A DNA stretch of 64,000 bases from Bryobacteraceae bacterium (GTDB lineage Bacteria; Acidobacteriota; Terriglobia; Bryobacterales; Bryobacteraceae), in the NCBI GenBank assembly GCA_040081455.1, contig JBEBGM010000012.1, positions 15,124 through 79,123 on the forward strand, written 5' to 3'. Below the pieces are notes generated by a model, which saw nothing but the letters and a program-made list of their open reading frames with translations, ran no database searches and was not told the DNA's origin. The position numbers and the translations under genes were made by a program. Below are positions 9,060 to 19,187 of this stretch, piece by piece. Positions within the stretch are counted from its first letter, which is position 1, and each line of letters starts with the position of its first letter.

Positions 9060-9647
9060 ATGAAAAACATTTGCGTCTTTTGTGGATCGAACACGGGAGT
9101 CCGTCAAGCGTATGCGGACACGACGGTCGCCCTTGGGCGCGCCTTGGCTGCGGGAGGCATCGGATTGGTCTATGGCGGCGGGAACGTCGGCCTGATGGGT
9201 GTCCTGGCTGACGCAGTTTTAGCGGCAGGCGGCGAAGTGACTGGCGTGATTCCACGCGCGTTGAAGGAAAAGGAGGTTGCCCATCTGAGCCTCACTGCCT
9301 TGCACGTTGTGGGCTCCATGCACGAGCGCAAAGCTCTGATGGCAGACCTCTCCGACGGATTCATCGCCTTGCCGGGTGGATATGGGACATTCGACGAGTT
9401 TTGCGAAGTCCTCACGTGGACACAGTTGCGCATTCAACAGAAGGCGTGTGGTCTTCTGAACATCGAAGGCTACTACGACGCGCTCCTTTCGATGTTCGAC
9501 CATGCGGAAAACGAGGGATTCCTGAAGCCCGAGCACCGGCGCCTGATCGTCAGCGATACAGATGTCGACGGCCTCCTTCAGCGGATGAAGCAATTTGTAT
9601 TCCCAGCCGCTGAAAAATGGTTGCAGAAACGGCCCACGGGGATATAA
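9060..9647 (+). CDS. LOG-family protein (TIGR00730; cytokinin riboside 5'-monophosphate phosphoribohydrolase-like)
   Basis: 195-aa ORF. Motifs VFCGS, LVYGGGNVGLMG and PGGYGTFDEFCE (the PGGxGTxxE motif). Confidence 0.9.
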   Translation: MKNICVFCGSNTGVRQAYADTTVALGRALAAGGIGLVYGGGNVGLMGVLADAVLAAGGEVTGVIPRALKEKEVAHLSLTALHVVGSMHERKALMADLSDGFIALPGGYGTFDEFCEVLTWTQLRIQQKACGLLNIEGYYDALLSMFDHAENEGFLKPEHRRLIVSDTDVDGLLQRMKQFVFPAAEKWLQKRPTGI

Positions 9648-9738
9648 AAACAGGTGTCCCGCTTGAAATCGTTCCCTTGTTCGGACATGATCTCTGTTGC
9701 GCAGTAAGTCAACGAAATTGGCGAAACATACCGCATCT

Positions 9739-12123
9739 ATGGAGCAAGACCAAGGCTCGCCACTCTCCGCCTGCCTCCGCGATGTGCTGTTCCTTGCGGC
9801 AGGCTGGGACGTACTCCGGGTCTTCGTCCTATTTCCCCTGCTTGCGAACAACCCGCGCGGCGCCACGTTGCTGATCCTCCTCAAAGCCCTACTGGTCGAG
9901 GGCATTCCCTTCTTGTTGTGGAAGAGTAAACGGCTCTACGCGGCCGCGTGGTCCATGGCGATTGGCGCAGGCCTGATCGACGCCGCGTATATTCTGCTTT
10001 CTGGCGGCCTGCGAAGTTCGGGTGTGGTCATGCTCGTCAGCCTGGTGATCCTTGTGACGATCATTTTGGAGCATCGAGGCATCTACACCGTCGGGCTAAT
10101 GTCATTGCTTTTTCTGGGCGCGGTGGCAGCCTGGCAAGCAGCAGGCCAAAGCCTCCCCCTGGTGTTTCCGGAATCGGCATGGATGTCATGGTTCAACATG
10201 GTGGCTGCGGCGACAATGAGCTTCGTTCCGGCCTCCCGAATGCTCCAGGGCATGCGCGCGTTGACAGCGGAGAGATCGAGAATCGCACGCGACCTAAGTC
10301 GCTCCCGCACCGATTTGAACGATTTGGTTAATGCTATCGAGGGTATCGTTTGGCAGTGTGATGCCAAGACCTGGAGGTTCTCCTTCGTGAGCCAGAAGGC
10401 CGAACGGCTGCTCGGCTATCCGGTCGCCACGTGGATCGACGATCCTGACTTCTGGGTCAGACACCTGCACCCCGCCGACCGCGCATGGGTGCCGACCGCC
10501 TGCCGCATCGCCGCAACCACTGGCCGGGACCACGTGCTCGAATACCGGATGATTGCCGCCGATGACCGGGAGGTTTGGCTGAGGGATCTGGTTACGGTGA
10601 TCGCCGAAGACGGCGAACCCAAACTGCTTCGCGGCCTGTTGATTGACATCACCGAGCGGAAACAGTTCCAGCAGCAGTTGCAAGAGAAAGAGCATCACTT
10701 GCGAGCCATTCTCGAATCCGAACCGGCCTGCGTCAAACTGCTAGACGCCGAAGGCCGCATCCTCGAGATGAATCCCGCCGGAATGGCGATGACCGAGGCC
10801 GACGAGCCACAGCAAGTCATCGGGCGGAACGTTTGCGACATTATTACCCGCGAACATCACGCCAATTTTTTGGATCGGAACCGCCGAGTCTTTGACGGAG
10901 AGCCGTTCACGATGGAGTACGAGATCCTGGGATTCAAGGGCACCAACCGCTGGCTCGAAACCCACGCCACCCCGCTGCGCGACGCTTCCGGCACGATTAC
11001 GTCCGCGCTCAGTGTCACCCGCGATATCACGCACAGGAAAAACCTCGAGCGCGAATTGCGCCTCGCCAACTCGCGCCTTCTGCAGGCGAAGACATTTTCA
11101 AAGCTCGGCTATTTCGTCGAAGATCTGAGAACCGGGCGCGCCGAGTTCAGCGACGAATTGTGCCGCATCATGGGCGCGACGGCGCAAGATTTTGCCGCGC
11201 AGGATGATCTGGAAACGCTTTTGCTTCCCAGCCGAATCCTTTATGGCGATTTGGCACGAGTCCGGACGAGCCTGCACCACCTCCGGGAGGAGGGTCGTGA
11301 ATTGGACGTTACCTATGTGTTGGAAGATCCCGAAGGCGAGGCCCGCCACATTCATGTGAAAGCCGAACGGGAATCGGACTCCGACGGTCGTCCGCTGCGC
11401 ATCTTTGGCGTTGTGCAAGACATCACCGAACACCGTCAGGTCCTCGAACTCCTTCATCGGCTCACCGCGCACCAGGAGAAGGTCCGTGAAGAAGAACGCA
11501 TCCGGATCGCGCGCGAGATCCACGACGAACTCGGCCAGCAGTTGACGGGGCTCAAAATGCAAACAGCTTGGGCAAACCATCTCATCCAGTCCGACCTGGT
11601 GGCGGCACGGGCGGAATTGGACTCGATCGGTCATTTGCTCGAAGGAACAATACGTACCGTGCGGCGAATCGCCACTGACTTACGCCCGCCGGTTCTGGAC
11701 ACGCTGGGTCTCATTCCCGCGCTCGAATGGTTACGGGAAAATTTCCAGCGCGATCACGGTTTCGCTTGTGTCACGACCCTCGAAGAGATGACCGTGGCGC
11801 CGGAGGTGGCCACCGCAGTATTCCGCGTCGCTCAAGAGGCACTGACCAACGTCGCGAAGCACGCGGGCGCGACGCGCGTCGAAGTCCGGCTTCAAAAACA
11901 GGACGACCGCCTCATTCTCGAAGTGGACGACAACGGTCCCGGGATGCGGGAAACAACGGACGGGCACCGCAATTCGTTCGGATTGATTGGAATGCAGGAG
12001 CGTGCAAAGCTCCTCCACGGAACACTCGATTTCTTAACCTCGAAAAGCGGCGGCGTTCTACTTCGCTTGACACTACCGCATTCAACAAAGGAAGGTTCTC
12101 ATGTCCTCACTGCTCATCGTTGA
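9739..12123 (+). CDS. Membrane-bound multi-PAS sensor histidine kinase (HisKA_3)
   Basis: The long ORF runs 9697..12123; the first ATG is at 9739. N-terminal polytopic region, at least three PAS-like modules (e.g. EGIVWQCDAKTWRFSFVS, ILESEPACVKLLDAEGRILEMNPAG), H-box AREIHDELGQQLTGL and an HATPase_c C-terminus. The start codon is uncertain. Confidence 0.85.
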   Translation: MEQDQGSPLSACLRDVLFLAAGWDVLRVFVLFPLLANNPRGATLLILLKALLVEGIPFLLWKSKRLYAAAWSMAIGAGLIDAAYILLSGGLRSSGVVMLVSLVILVTIILEHRGIYTVGLMSLLFLGAVAAWQAAGQSLPLVFPESAWMSWFNMVAAATMSFVPASRMLQGMRALTAERSRIARDLSRSRTDLNDLVNAIEGIVWQCDAKTWRFSFVSQKAERLLGYPVATWIDDPDFWVRHLHPADRAWVPTACRIAATTGRDHVLEYRMIAADDREVWLRDLVTVIAEDGEPKLLRGLLIDITERKQFQQQLQEKEHHLRAILESEPACVKLLDAEGRILEMNPAGMAMTEADEPQQVIGRNVCDIITREHHANFLDRNRRVFDGEPFTMEYEILGFKGTNRWLETHATPLRDASGTITSALSVTRDITHRKNLERELRLANSRLLQAKTFSKLGYFVEDLRTGRAEFSDELCRIMGATAQDFAAQDDLETLLLPSRILYGDLARVRTSLHHLREEGRELDVTYVLEDPEGEARHIHVKAERESDSDGRPLRIFGVVQDITEHRQVLELLHRLTAHQEKVREEERIRIAREIHDELGQQLTGLKMQTAWANHLIQSDLVAARAELDSIGHLLEGTIRTVRRIATDLRPPVLDTLGLIPALEWLRENFQRDHGFACVTTLEEMTVAPEVATAVFRVAQEALTNVAKHAGATRVEVRLQKQDDRLILEVDDNGPGMRETTDGHRNSFGLIGMQERAKLLHGTLDFLTSKSGGVLLRLTLPHSTKEGSHVLTAHR

Positions 12124-12742
12124 CGATCACACCATAGTTAGGGAGGGCCTGGGACGCATGCTGGGCAGCGAACTGCCGGAGTGCACGATTGGTTACGCGT
12201 CAACCGCACAGGAGGCACTCACGGCCATCGAGACAAAATCGTGGAGTCTCGCCGTGCTCGACATCAGCCTGCCCGGCGGCGATGGGCTGGAGTTGATCCG
12301 CACCGTGAAAGACCGGTCCGCCAGTACGCGCATCCTCGTTCATACGATGCATCCGGAAGACCAATTCGGCGTTCGATCCTTACGCGCCGGGGCTGATGGC
12401 TACATCACCAAGGATGCCTCGGTGAACGATATTATTCTGGCGGTTCGGAGGATCCTCGCTGGCGGCCGCTATGTTAGCCCCGCCCTCGCCGAGGTGTTGG
12501 CCGGAACGGTAGCAGCGAACAGCGATCGCGGGCTCGCTTCGCTCTCGGATCGCGAGTTCCAGGTGCTTCGCTCGATTACCGCAGGCAAAACCCCCACAGA
12601 CATCGCGGATGAGCTCCTGCTAAGCATCAAAACGGTCAGCACTTACCGCGCAAGAGTCCTCGAAAAGCTAGATCTTCGCACCACAGCCGACCTCATTCGT
12701 TTCGGGTTGGAAAATCACTTAGACGGCACTCCCCATGCGTAG
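12101..12742 (+). CDS. NarL/LuxR-family response regulator
   Basis: 213-aa ORF overlapping the kinase 3' end by 23 nt. Receiver domain (LLIVDDH, LAVLDISLPGGDG) plus LuxR HTH (LSDREFQVLRSITAGKTPTDIA). Confidence 0.9.
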   Translation: MSSLLIVDDHTIVREGLGRMLGSELPECTIGYASTAQEALTAIETKSWSLAVLDISLPGGDGLELIRTVKDRSASTRILVHTMHPEDQFGVRSLRAGADGYITKDASVNDIILAVRRILAGGRYVSPALAEVLAGTVAANSDRGLASLSDREFQVLRSITAGKTPTDIADELLLSIKTVSTYRARVLEKLDLRTTADLIRFGLENHLDGTPHA

Positions 12743-13158
12743 GAAAGGTCTTACGGATACGAGTGCCGTTTTAGGAATAATTTGTTGCAGTCTCACTTGA
12801 CCCGGTCGGAAGCTTCTTGGACAATCAAAACATTCAGCAACGAAGGCCCAAAAGCTTGCGACACCAGCCCAGAACCAAGGATCCTCTGCTCAAACTGAAA
12901 GAGCGTTTGGCGCTTCTCAATCTGGCCATCGCCGCGTTGGAGCAGTACGAGCACCGGGTCTACGGACTCACATCGGCTTGTCGGACCACAGAGTCTGCAG
13001 CGGAGCGCTTGAAACTACCCGTCGTTTTGCGACGTCTGGGTAGAGGCCCAGCCGGGGACCAGATTGCGGCACGCGTCGCATCCGCGCTCGCTGAAGCCTG
13101 ATCACGCTGAGGAAAAATCAAGCTTCGTGGGCTATACTCGTCCCGAGGCCTTTCGCTC

Positions 13159-14646
13159 TTGTCCGATTCCAACCTGGAAGCTCCACAACAACTGAAACGA
13201 TCGCTCGGCCTGTTCGATTCGACGATGCTTGTCGCGGGATCGATGATCGGTTCGGGTATCTTCATCGTTTCCTCGGAAATGGCCCGCAATGTCGGCAGCC
13301 CCGGCTGGCTGCTCCTTTCCTGGTTGATTACTGGAGTGCTCACGCTTACCGCCGCTCTTTCTTACGGCGAACTGGCGGCGATGATGCCGCGCGCAGGCGG
13401 GCAGTATGTGTATTTGCGCGAAGCCTTCTCCCCGCTTTGGGGATTCCTTTACGGTTGGACGCTGTTCATGGTGATTCAAACCGGCACCATCGCAGCCGTC
13501 GGCGTTGCCTTTGCCCGCTACCTCGGCATCTTGTGGCCGGCGATTTCCGAAAACAATTACATCGTTCCGCCCATTCATCTCTCCACCGGCTACGCCTTGT
13601 CGCTTTCCACCGCGCAGTTGATGGCGATTGCGGTGATCCTATTTCTCAGCTGGTCCAACTCGCATGGACTCAAGTATGGCAAGCGGGTGCAGAATTTTTT
13701 CACCGTAGCGAAACTCGGTTCGCTCGCCGGGCTGATTCTGCTTGGCATTTTCATGGGCTGGAACACCGAAGCGGTCTCCGGCAATTTCGGCGACCTGTGG
13801 TCCACGCGTGGATTCACACCTGCCGCGCCTGGCCTCACTCCGGAAACAGGTTTCGGCCTACTCGTCGCTCTGTGCGTCGCGCAAACAGGTTCCCTGTTTT
13901 CCGCCGACGCGTGGAACAACATCACTTTCACTGCCGGTGAAGTAGAAAACCCTCGCCGCAACGTGCCGTTGTCGCTCGCTCTGGGGACTGGCATCGTCAT
14001 TGGACTCTACGTGCTCGCCAATGTTGCCTATCTCGTAGTGCTCCCGCTTGCAAAGATCCAAACAGCTCCGTTCGATCGGGTGGCAAGCGCTGCGGTCGGC
14101 GCGGTTTTCCCCGGACAAGGCGCGCAGATCATGGCGGTCGCCATCATGATCTCCACTTTCGGATGTATCAACGGAATGGTGCTCGCAGGCGCCCGCGCGG
14201 TTTACGCCATGGCAGAGGATGGTCTCTTCTTTCAAGGCGCAACGCTTATCAACAAAGCGTCCGTCCCAGGCCGCGCGCTGCTTTTTCAAGCCCTGTGGAC
14301 TTCGTTCCTGGTTTTGCCCAGAACCTTCAATCCAGAAACGCATGCCTATGGCAACCTGTATGGCAACTTGCTGGACTACGTGGTTTCCGCGGCGTTGATT
14401 TTCTACATTCTGACCATCGCTGGCGTTTTCGTTTTGCGCAAGCGCCAGCCAGATGCCGAGCGTCCCTATCGTGCTTTCGGATACCCGCTGGTGCCCGCGC
14501 TCTACATTGCCGGCGCTGCGGTGATCCTCCTCTTGCTGTTCGTTTACCGCACGGCCACCACGTTCCCGGGCCTGGTGATTGTGATCATCGGCCTGCCAGT
14601 CTACGCACTATTCCGCCGCTACGGCAGCGGAAGCAGTGGCCGCTGA
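13159..14646 (+). CDS. APC-superfamily amino acid permease (LAT/SteT-like)
   Basis: 495-aa 12-TM-type ORF with a TTG start. N-terminal signature LKRSLGLFDSTMLVAGSMIGSGIF and YGELAAMMPRAGGQYVYL. Confidence 0.85.
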   Translation: MSDSNLEAPQQLKRSLGLFDSTMLVAGSMIGSGIFIVSSEMARNVGSPGWLLLSWLITGVLTLTAALSYGELAAMMPRAGGQYVYLREAFSPLWGFLYGWTLFMVIQTGTIAAVGVAFARYLGILWPAISENNYIVPPIHLSTGYALSLSTAQLMAIAVILFLSWSNSHGLKYGKRVQNFFTVAKLGSLAGLILLGIFMGWNTEAVSGNFGDLWSTRGFTPAAPGLTPETGFGLLVALCVAQTGSLFSADAWNNITFTAGEVENPRRNVPLSLALGTGIVIGLYVLANVAYLVVLPLAKIQTAPFDRVASAAVGAVFPGQGAQIMAVAIMISTFGCINGMVLAGARAVYAMAEDGLFFQGATLINKASVPGRALLFQALWTSFLVLPRTFNPETHAYGNLYGNLLDYVVSAALIFYILTIAGVFVLRKRQPDAERPYRAFGYPLVPALYIAGAAVILLLLFVYRTATTFPGLVIVIIGLPVYALFRRYGSGSSGR

Positions 14647-15311
14647 TCGGGCTCCAACTGCATATCGAACACGTCGAGCAGTACCGCGGTCGCGGAGTAA
14701 TACCCGGCAAGGGCCGTGATGTTCACCAATTCTTTTTCGCCGAACACTTTTCGCGCCTGCGCGAACGTGGCGGGTTGTACTTTTCTGGTACGGAACACCT
14801 CGCGCGTCAGGCGAATGACCAGATCCTGCTTCTCTGGAAGCGCGATCGTCGAATAGCGGAACTTGATGATATCCACCGTCTTCTGCGGCACGCCCAGCTT
14901 CAAGGCAATCGATTCGTGCGCAGCCCACTCGAATTGATTGTTGAGTTCGCGTGCCGTCGAAAGAATCACCAATTCACGCAGGTCGTCTGGAATGGAGGAT
15001 TCAAACCGGATCCCATAGCCCATGGCGTTCGTCAGTTCCGCAACTTTGGGGCTGTACAACCGGATCCCTGTGGGCCCGCGAAGTCCGGCGACCGAACGCG
15101 TACCCGGCTTTACGGTGTCATCGTAAACACGCTTTCCGGTTTCGTCCAGATTCTCGCGTTTCGGAAGAGGCAAGCGGAAATGCGACTCGGGATCAACGTC
15201 CGGCGGGTAGAACCGGGCCTGCTGCGCCGTCAAAAGCCATGCGCAGGCTACTGCAGCCAAAACAACCTTTCCCGAATAGGAAAGAAACATCTGCTGGCGT
15301 TTCAACATCAT
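14619..15311 (-). CDS. Exported carboxymuconolactone decarboxylase (AhpD-like) family protein
   Basis: 230-aa ORF with an N-terminal hydrophobic signal (VVLAAVACAWLLTAQQ). CMD-like core (LVILSTARELNNQFEWAAHESIALKLG). Its 3' end overlaps the convergent permease gene by 28 nt. Confidence 0.7.
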   Translation of the reverse strand: MMLKRQQMFLSYSGKVVLAAVACAWLLTAQQARFYPPDVDPESHFRLPLPKRENLDETGKRVYDDTVKPGTRSVAGLRGPTGIRLYSPKVAELTNAMGYGIRFESSIPDDLRELVILSTARELNNQFEWAAHESIALKLGVPQKTVDIIKFRYSTIALPEKQDLVIRLTREVFRTRKVQPATFAQARKVFGEKELVNITALAGYYSATAVLLDVFDMQLEPDQRPLLPLP

Positions 15312-15409
15312 AAGCGTTAAGCCCTCCCGCGTTTTCGAGAAGTGCCCATTCTATCAGGGCATTGGTTGATGCGATTGTGGCAAGCTGGGAATACTTGGAG
15401 GAATTTCTT

Positions 15410-16465
15410 TTGAAGCTCTCATACTTTGCACTATTGATCGCGTGCTCCACGTCCGTCGCGCTGGCCGATCAGATCAGCATGAAGGACGGCGACCGCATTA
15501 CCGGCGACATCGTCAAGAAAGATGGCGCGACGTTGACCGTAAAAAGCAAGAATTTCGGCACCGTGACGCTGAAATGGGACGATGTGGCCAACGTGAAGAC
15601 AGATAGTCCCGTAAACGTTTCCACCGCTGACGGCAAGACCGTGAAGGCGAACATCGAAACGCAGGACGGCAAGATTCAGGTGAGCGCTCCCGCGGCACAG
15701 AGCGTAGCTCCGACAGAGATCGTCGCCTTGCGCAACGACGCCGAACAGAAAGCCTATGAACGGCTGGTGCACCCGGGTTTGCTCGATCTCTGGGCCATCA
15801 ATGGCAGCTTCGGAATCGCGGGTGCCAAAGGAAACGCGAAGACATCCACGTTCACCACGCCTATCACATTTGCCCGGATTTCGAACACCAGCAAGACCAC
15901 GGCCTACTTCAACTCCATCCGGTCCACCGCCACGGTGAACGGTGTGAACGCCCAGACCGCTCAAGCCATCCGCGGCGGTTGGGGATACGGTCACAACATT
16001 ACAAAGAGAATATTTGGCAATACTTTCAACGACTATGAATACGACAAGTTCCAGTCCTTGGATTTACGCGTTGTCGCTGGCGGCGGTCTCGGCTATCAGT
16101 TCTGGGCGCGCGACACCAGCCGCCTCAGCGTAGTGGCCGGCGGCGCGTGGAATCGTGAATCGTTTGCGGCCACCGGTTCGCGTGATGCGTTCGTCCGAAA
16201 CTCGGCGGAAGTCTATTGGGGCGACGACTACACCCTGAAGATGAACTCCCGCACCAATTTGACACAGGGGTTCCGCATGTTCAACAACCTGACCAATACG
16301 GGTGCTTACCGCATGAACTTCGATATTACGGCCACCACACAGCTCACTAGGTGGCTGAACTGGGGCGTCTCGCTGAGCGATCGGTTCCTCAGCAACCCCG
16401 TGCCGGGACGTCAGAAAAACGACTTCCTATACTCCACTTCGCTCGGCTTCTCCTGGGCGCGGTAG
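15410..16465 (+). CDS. DUF481-family outer-membrane protein
   Basis: ORF 15362..16465. I prefer the TTG at 15410, which sits 7 nt after GGAGGA (15397..15402) and gives the signal peptide MKLSYFALLIACSTSVALA. The beta-rich body has the alternating pattern typical of YdiY/DUF481 and ends ...GFSWAR. Confidence 0.65.
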   Translation: MKLSYFALLIACSTSVALADQISMKDGDRITGDIVKKDGATLTVKSKNFGTVTLKWDDVANVKTDSPVNVSTADGKTVKANIETQDGKIQVSAPAAQSVAPTEIVALRNDAEQKAYERLVHPGLLDLWAINGSFGIAGAKGNAKTSTFTTPITFARISNTSKTTAYFNSIRSTATVNGVNAQTAQAIRGGWGYGHNITKRIFGNTFNDYEYDKFQSLDLRVVAGGGLGYQFWARDTSRLSVVAGGAWNRESFAATGSRDAFVRNSAEVYWGDDYTLKMNSRTNLTQGFRMFNNLTNTGAYRMNFDITATTQLTRWLNWGVSLSDRFLSNPVPGRQKNDFLYSTSLGFSWAR

Positions 16466-16481
16466 GGTGTCGGACTGATCA

Positions 16482-18821
16482 TCAACCGGAAGGGGCAATC
16501 AGTTCGGCGAGGATTCTTCCCGCCGTCTGCTTGCCCTTCTCTCCTACTTCACCAATCGGTCCCACGCATCCAGGACAGCCGGACTCGCACGTACATGCTT
16601 TCAGTAATTCCGCGGCGTTGGCAATCAGCTTCGGAGTCAGTTTAAACAGCGCCGAACTCTGTCCAATGCCGCCGGGGTAGTTGTCATAGAGATATAGGTT
16701 CGGCTCGAACGTCTGCAGGCTACCGGCGATTGCTTCGGTGATCGAAATCCCCAGATCGCGCGGATCGCACATCACCGCCAGCGCGCCCACCGTCCGCAAC
16801 AGTGCCGCCACGCCCACCAGGCCCGATTGCTTTTCCGTCGGCGTCAGATCGCTGAAGCGCGTCAAAAACGCCTCGGGGAAATGCAGCCAGAAGGACGTGG
16901 TGTGCATTTCCTGCTCCGGCATCGAGAGATTGCCCGCCCCGACGTTTTCCATCGTGTAAAACTTGATCTTCTTGAAGCCGACAATCTGCCGGTTCAACCT
17001 TACGTCTCCGTGCGCGGCGTTCGCTCCGTTCACGGGAATGGAGTCAACCTCCTCCAACTCCTTCACCTGTGTGTAGTCAATGGCGTCAGTGAAGTAGTCG
17101 GAATCCACGCGCCGCACGTACGCCTTGCGGCCGTCGTAGTCGAAGCGCTCCACCTGATACTGGCGGGCTTCATGCAGATAAATCGCCTTCTCATGCAATG
17201 TCGTGAGCGCCGCCGTGAACGCCACCTCGCCGATGATCTGGTGATCGCCGGTGACATCCACCACCACGAAGTTATCGCTCGAAATACTGCGGAGGCTGAC
17301 CGCATCGGCTGGGTAGGAATCCGACGTCCAGTGCCAGTTCCCGGCCGAGTGATGCAGTAGTTTCAGATCCTTCAAAAACTCACACAATCCCCCAACGTCC
17401 ACGGCGCCAAATTTTTCTCCATCGCGAATCGGCAACTCGAACGCCGCGCACTTCAAATGATTCAGGAGAATCTCGAGGTTGTTCGGATTGATGTGCGCAT
17501 GTTCCGCTGGGCGGTCAAAGAAATACTCAGGGTGCTCAATGATGTACTGATCGAGCGGCGCGCTCGATGCCACCAGCACCGCAAGTGAGCTCGTCTGCTT
17601 CCGCCCCGCGCGCCCCGCACGCTGCCATGTAGACGCAATCGTGCCAGGATAACCCGCCATGACCACCGCATCGAGCGACCCAATATCGATGCCCAACTCC
17701 AGTGCGTTCGTCGAAACGACCGCGCGAATCTCGCCATCGCGCAACTTGCGCTCAATCTCACGGCGCTCCTTCGGCAGATATCCGCCACGATACCCGCGCA
17801 CACCCGAGTGATCGTCCTTCAAGTATGTCAGCAGAACTTCCGTAGCCAAACGCGAATTCGCAAAAACCAGCGTCTGTTGCCCCCGATCCAAAAGTTCCTT
17901 CGCAATGCGCCGGGTTTCGTTCAAATACCCCCGACGAATGCCCAGCGCCTTATTCACCACAGGAGGGTTGTAGAAGACGACATACTTGCCGCCGGAGGGC
18001 GCGCCGTTTTCGTCCACCAGCGCGAACGAATCTCCCGTTAGCGCCTCGGCCAGTTCTTTGGGATTCGCAATCGTGGCTGAGCAGCAAATGAACTGGGGCT
18101 TCGATCCATAAAATTCGCAGATGCGCCGCAGCCTGCGCAACACGTTCGCCAGGTGACTGCCATATACACCGCGATAGGAATGCAACTCATCAATCACAAT
18201 GTAATGCAAATTCTCAAATGCCTTGGCCCACTTGGTGTGATGCGGCAGAATCCCGGCATGCAGCATATCCGGATTCGTCAGGATGACGTTTGCGCGCTCA
18301 CGAATCGCACGGCGGGCGTCCTGTGGCGTATCGCCATCGTAGGTGAACGCGCGCAGATCGCTTCCGGTGGCATTCACGGCCTGCTGCAACTCCGCCAGTT
18401 GATCTTCGGCGAGCGCCTTGGTGGGGAACAAGTACATGGCGCGGGCGTTGGGGTCGGCGGTCAGGCGCTGCAACACCGGCAAGTTGTAGCAAAGCGTCTT
18501 GCCACTGGCCGTCGGTGTCACTACGACGACATTACGCCCGGCGGAGGCATGCTCGAGCGCTTCACTCTGATGCGAATACAACTGACGGATGCCGCGCGTA
18601 TGGAGCGCTTGCCTTAGCGCGAGAGGAAGACTCTGGGGAAAGTCGACCAAGTTGCCGAGCTTTGCGGGTTGATGCTTTACGGCGCGAACTGGAGACTCGG
18701 GGTCCGCGGCCCACTGCTCGAAGCGCTCAATCGCGCCCGCCAAACCGCTGCGGCGCGCCAAGATACGATCGGCGATTTCGGTTTCCGGAAATGGTTCGGA
18801 GGGTCCCAGCGCCAAAGTCAT
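16482..18821 (-). CDS. DEAD/DEAH-box helicase with C-terminal DUF1998/MZB domain (YprA/MrfA-like)
   Basis: 779-aa ORF. Motif I TPTASGKT, motif II VIDELH, helicase C motifs, and a C-terminal four-Cys cluster (CTCESGCPGCVGP). Confidence 0.85.
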   Translation of the reverse strand: MTLALGPSEPFPETEIADRILARRSGLAGAIERFEQWAADPESPVRAVKHQPAKLGNLVDFPQSLPLALRQALHTRGIRQLYSHQSEALEHASAGRNVVVVTPTASGKTLCYNLPVLQRLTADPNARAMYLFPTKALAEDQLAELQQAVNATGSDLRAFTYDGDTPQDARRAIRERANVILTNPDMLHAGILPHHTKWAKAFENLHYIVIDELHSYRGVYGSHLANVLRRLRRICEFYGSKPQFICCSATIANPKELAEALTGDSFALVDENGAPSGGKYVVFYNPPVVNKALGIRRGYLNETRRIAKELLDRGQQTLVFANSRLATEVLLTYLKDDHSGVRGYRGGYLPKERREIERKLRDGEIRAVVSTNALELGIDIGSLDAVVMAGYPGTIASTWQRAGRAGRKQTSSLAVLVASSAPLDQYIIEHPEYFFDRPAEHAHINPNNLEILLNHLKCAAFELPIRDGEKFGAVDVGGLCEFLKDLKLLHHSAGNWHWTSDSYPADAVSLRSISSDNFVVVDVTGDHQIIGEVAFTAALTTLHEKAIYLHEARQYQVERFDYDGRKAYVRRVDSDYFTDAIDYTQVKELEEVDSIPVNGANAAHGDVRLNRQIVGFKKIKFYTMENVGAGNLSMPEQEMHTTSFWLHFPEAFLTRFSDLTPTEKQSGLVGVAALLRTVGALAVMCDPRDLGISITEAIAGSLQTFEPNLYLYDNYPGGIGQSSALFKLTPKLIANAAELLKACTCESGCPGCVGPIGEVGEKGKQTAGRILAELIAPSG

Positions 18822-18892
18822 TCTTCGCCCTTTCTTCGCTCATCAGCATAGCAATGAAGCGGGAGGAATGACAACGGGGAAAGGCAAAAAGG

Positions 18893-18909
18893 CCGCGGAT
18901 TAACCGCGG
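18893..18909 (-). terminator. Weak hairpin plus T-tract after the PilZ gene
   Basis: The minus strand reads CCGCGG-TTAAT-CCGCGG followed by CCTTTTTGCC. The stop codon lies in the loop, and the stem is only 6 bp. Confidence 0.35.
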
Positions 18910-19187
18910 ACGAACTCGTAGCGCTCCAGTGTGGCCGCGAAGTTCTCTGCCTCATCGGCGCGAACCACGGTACCCATGCAGCGAATACGAACATCGAAGC
19001 GGGTACCGGCGGCTTTTGGCAGCGTGATCAGGTATTCGATCGGTTGCCCGATATCGATTGGCTTGGATGTGTTGAACAACACACCGCAGGAACTGACATT
19101 CTTCGTCTCACCCTTCGTTTTGGGACCGCTTAAAAGTTCGATCGGGAGACGTAAATCAAATCGTTGATTTCGTCGTTGCTCGGTCAT
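18900..19187 (-). CDS. PilZ-domain protein
   Basis: ORF 18900..19250; the likely start is the ATG at 19187 (MTEQRRNQRF). PilZ motifs RxxxR (RRNQR) and N-x-S-x-x-G (NVSSCG) are present. Confidence 0.7.
   Translation of the reverse strand: MTEQRRNQRFDLRLPIELLSGPKTKGETKNVSSCGVLFNTSKPIDIGQPIEYLITLPKAAGTRFDVRIRCMGTVVRADEAENFAATLERYEFVRG

Noticed and set aside
8888-9094. 68-aa minus-strand ORF overlapping the LOG gene start.
   Set aside because: Only its last ~23 codons are meaningful (the N-terminus of the decayed MFS gene). The upstream part overlaps the LOG start region and has no coding signal. It is absorbed into the pseudogene call.
12817-13101. 94-aa TTG-initiated ORF in the permease leader.
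   Set aside because: No Shine-Dalgarno sequence, no recognisable family, and a non-ATG start chosen only by the ORF finder. It is kept as a question under the leader finding and not called as a gene.
16482-18821. DUF1998 helicase as part of an anti-phage (Druantia-like) system.
   Set aside because: Its size and motifs fit the ~750-800-aa MrfA/YprA repair helicases, not the much larger DruE-type proteins. No partner defence genes, nucleases or methylases are adjacent.
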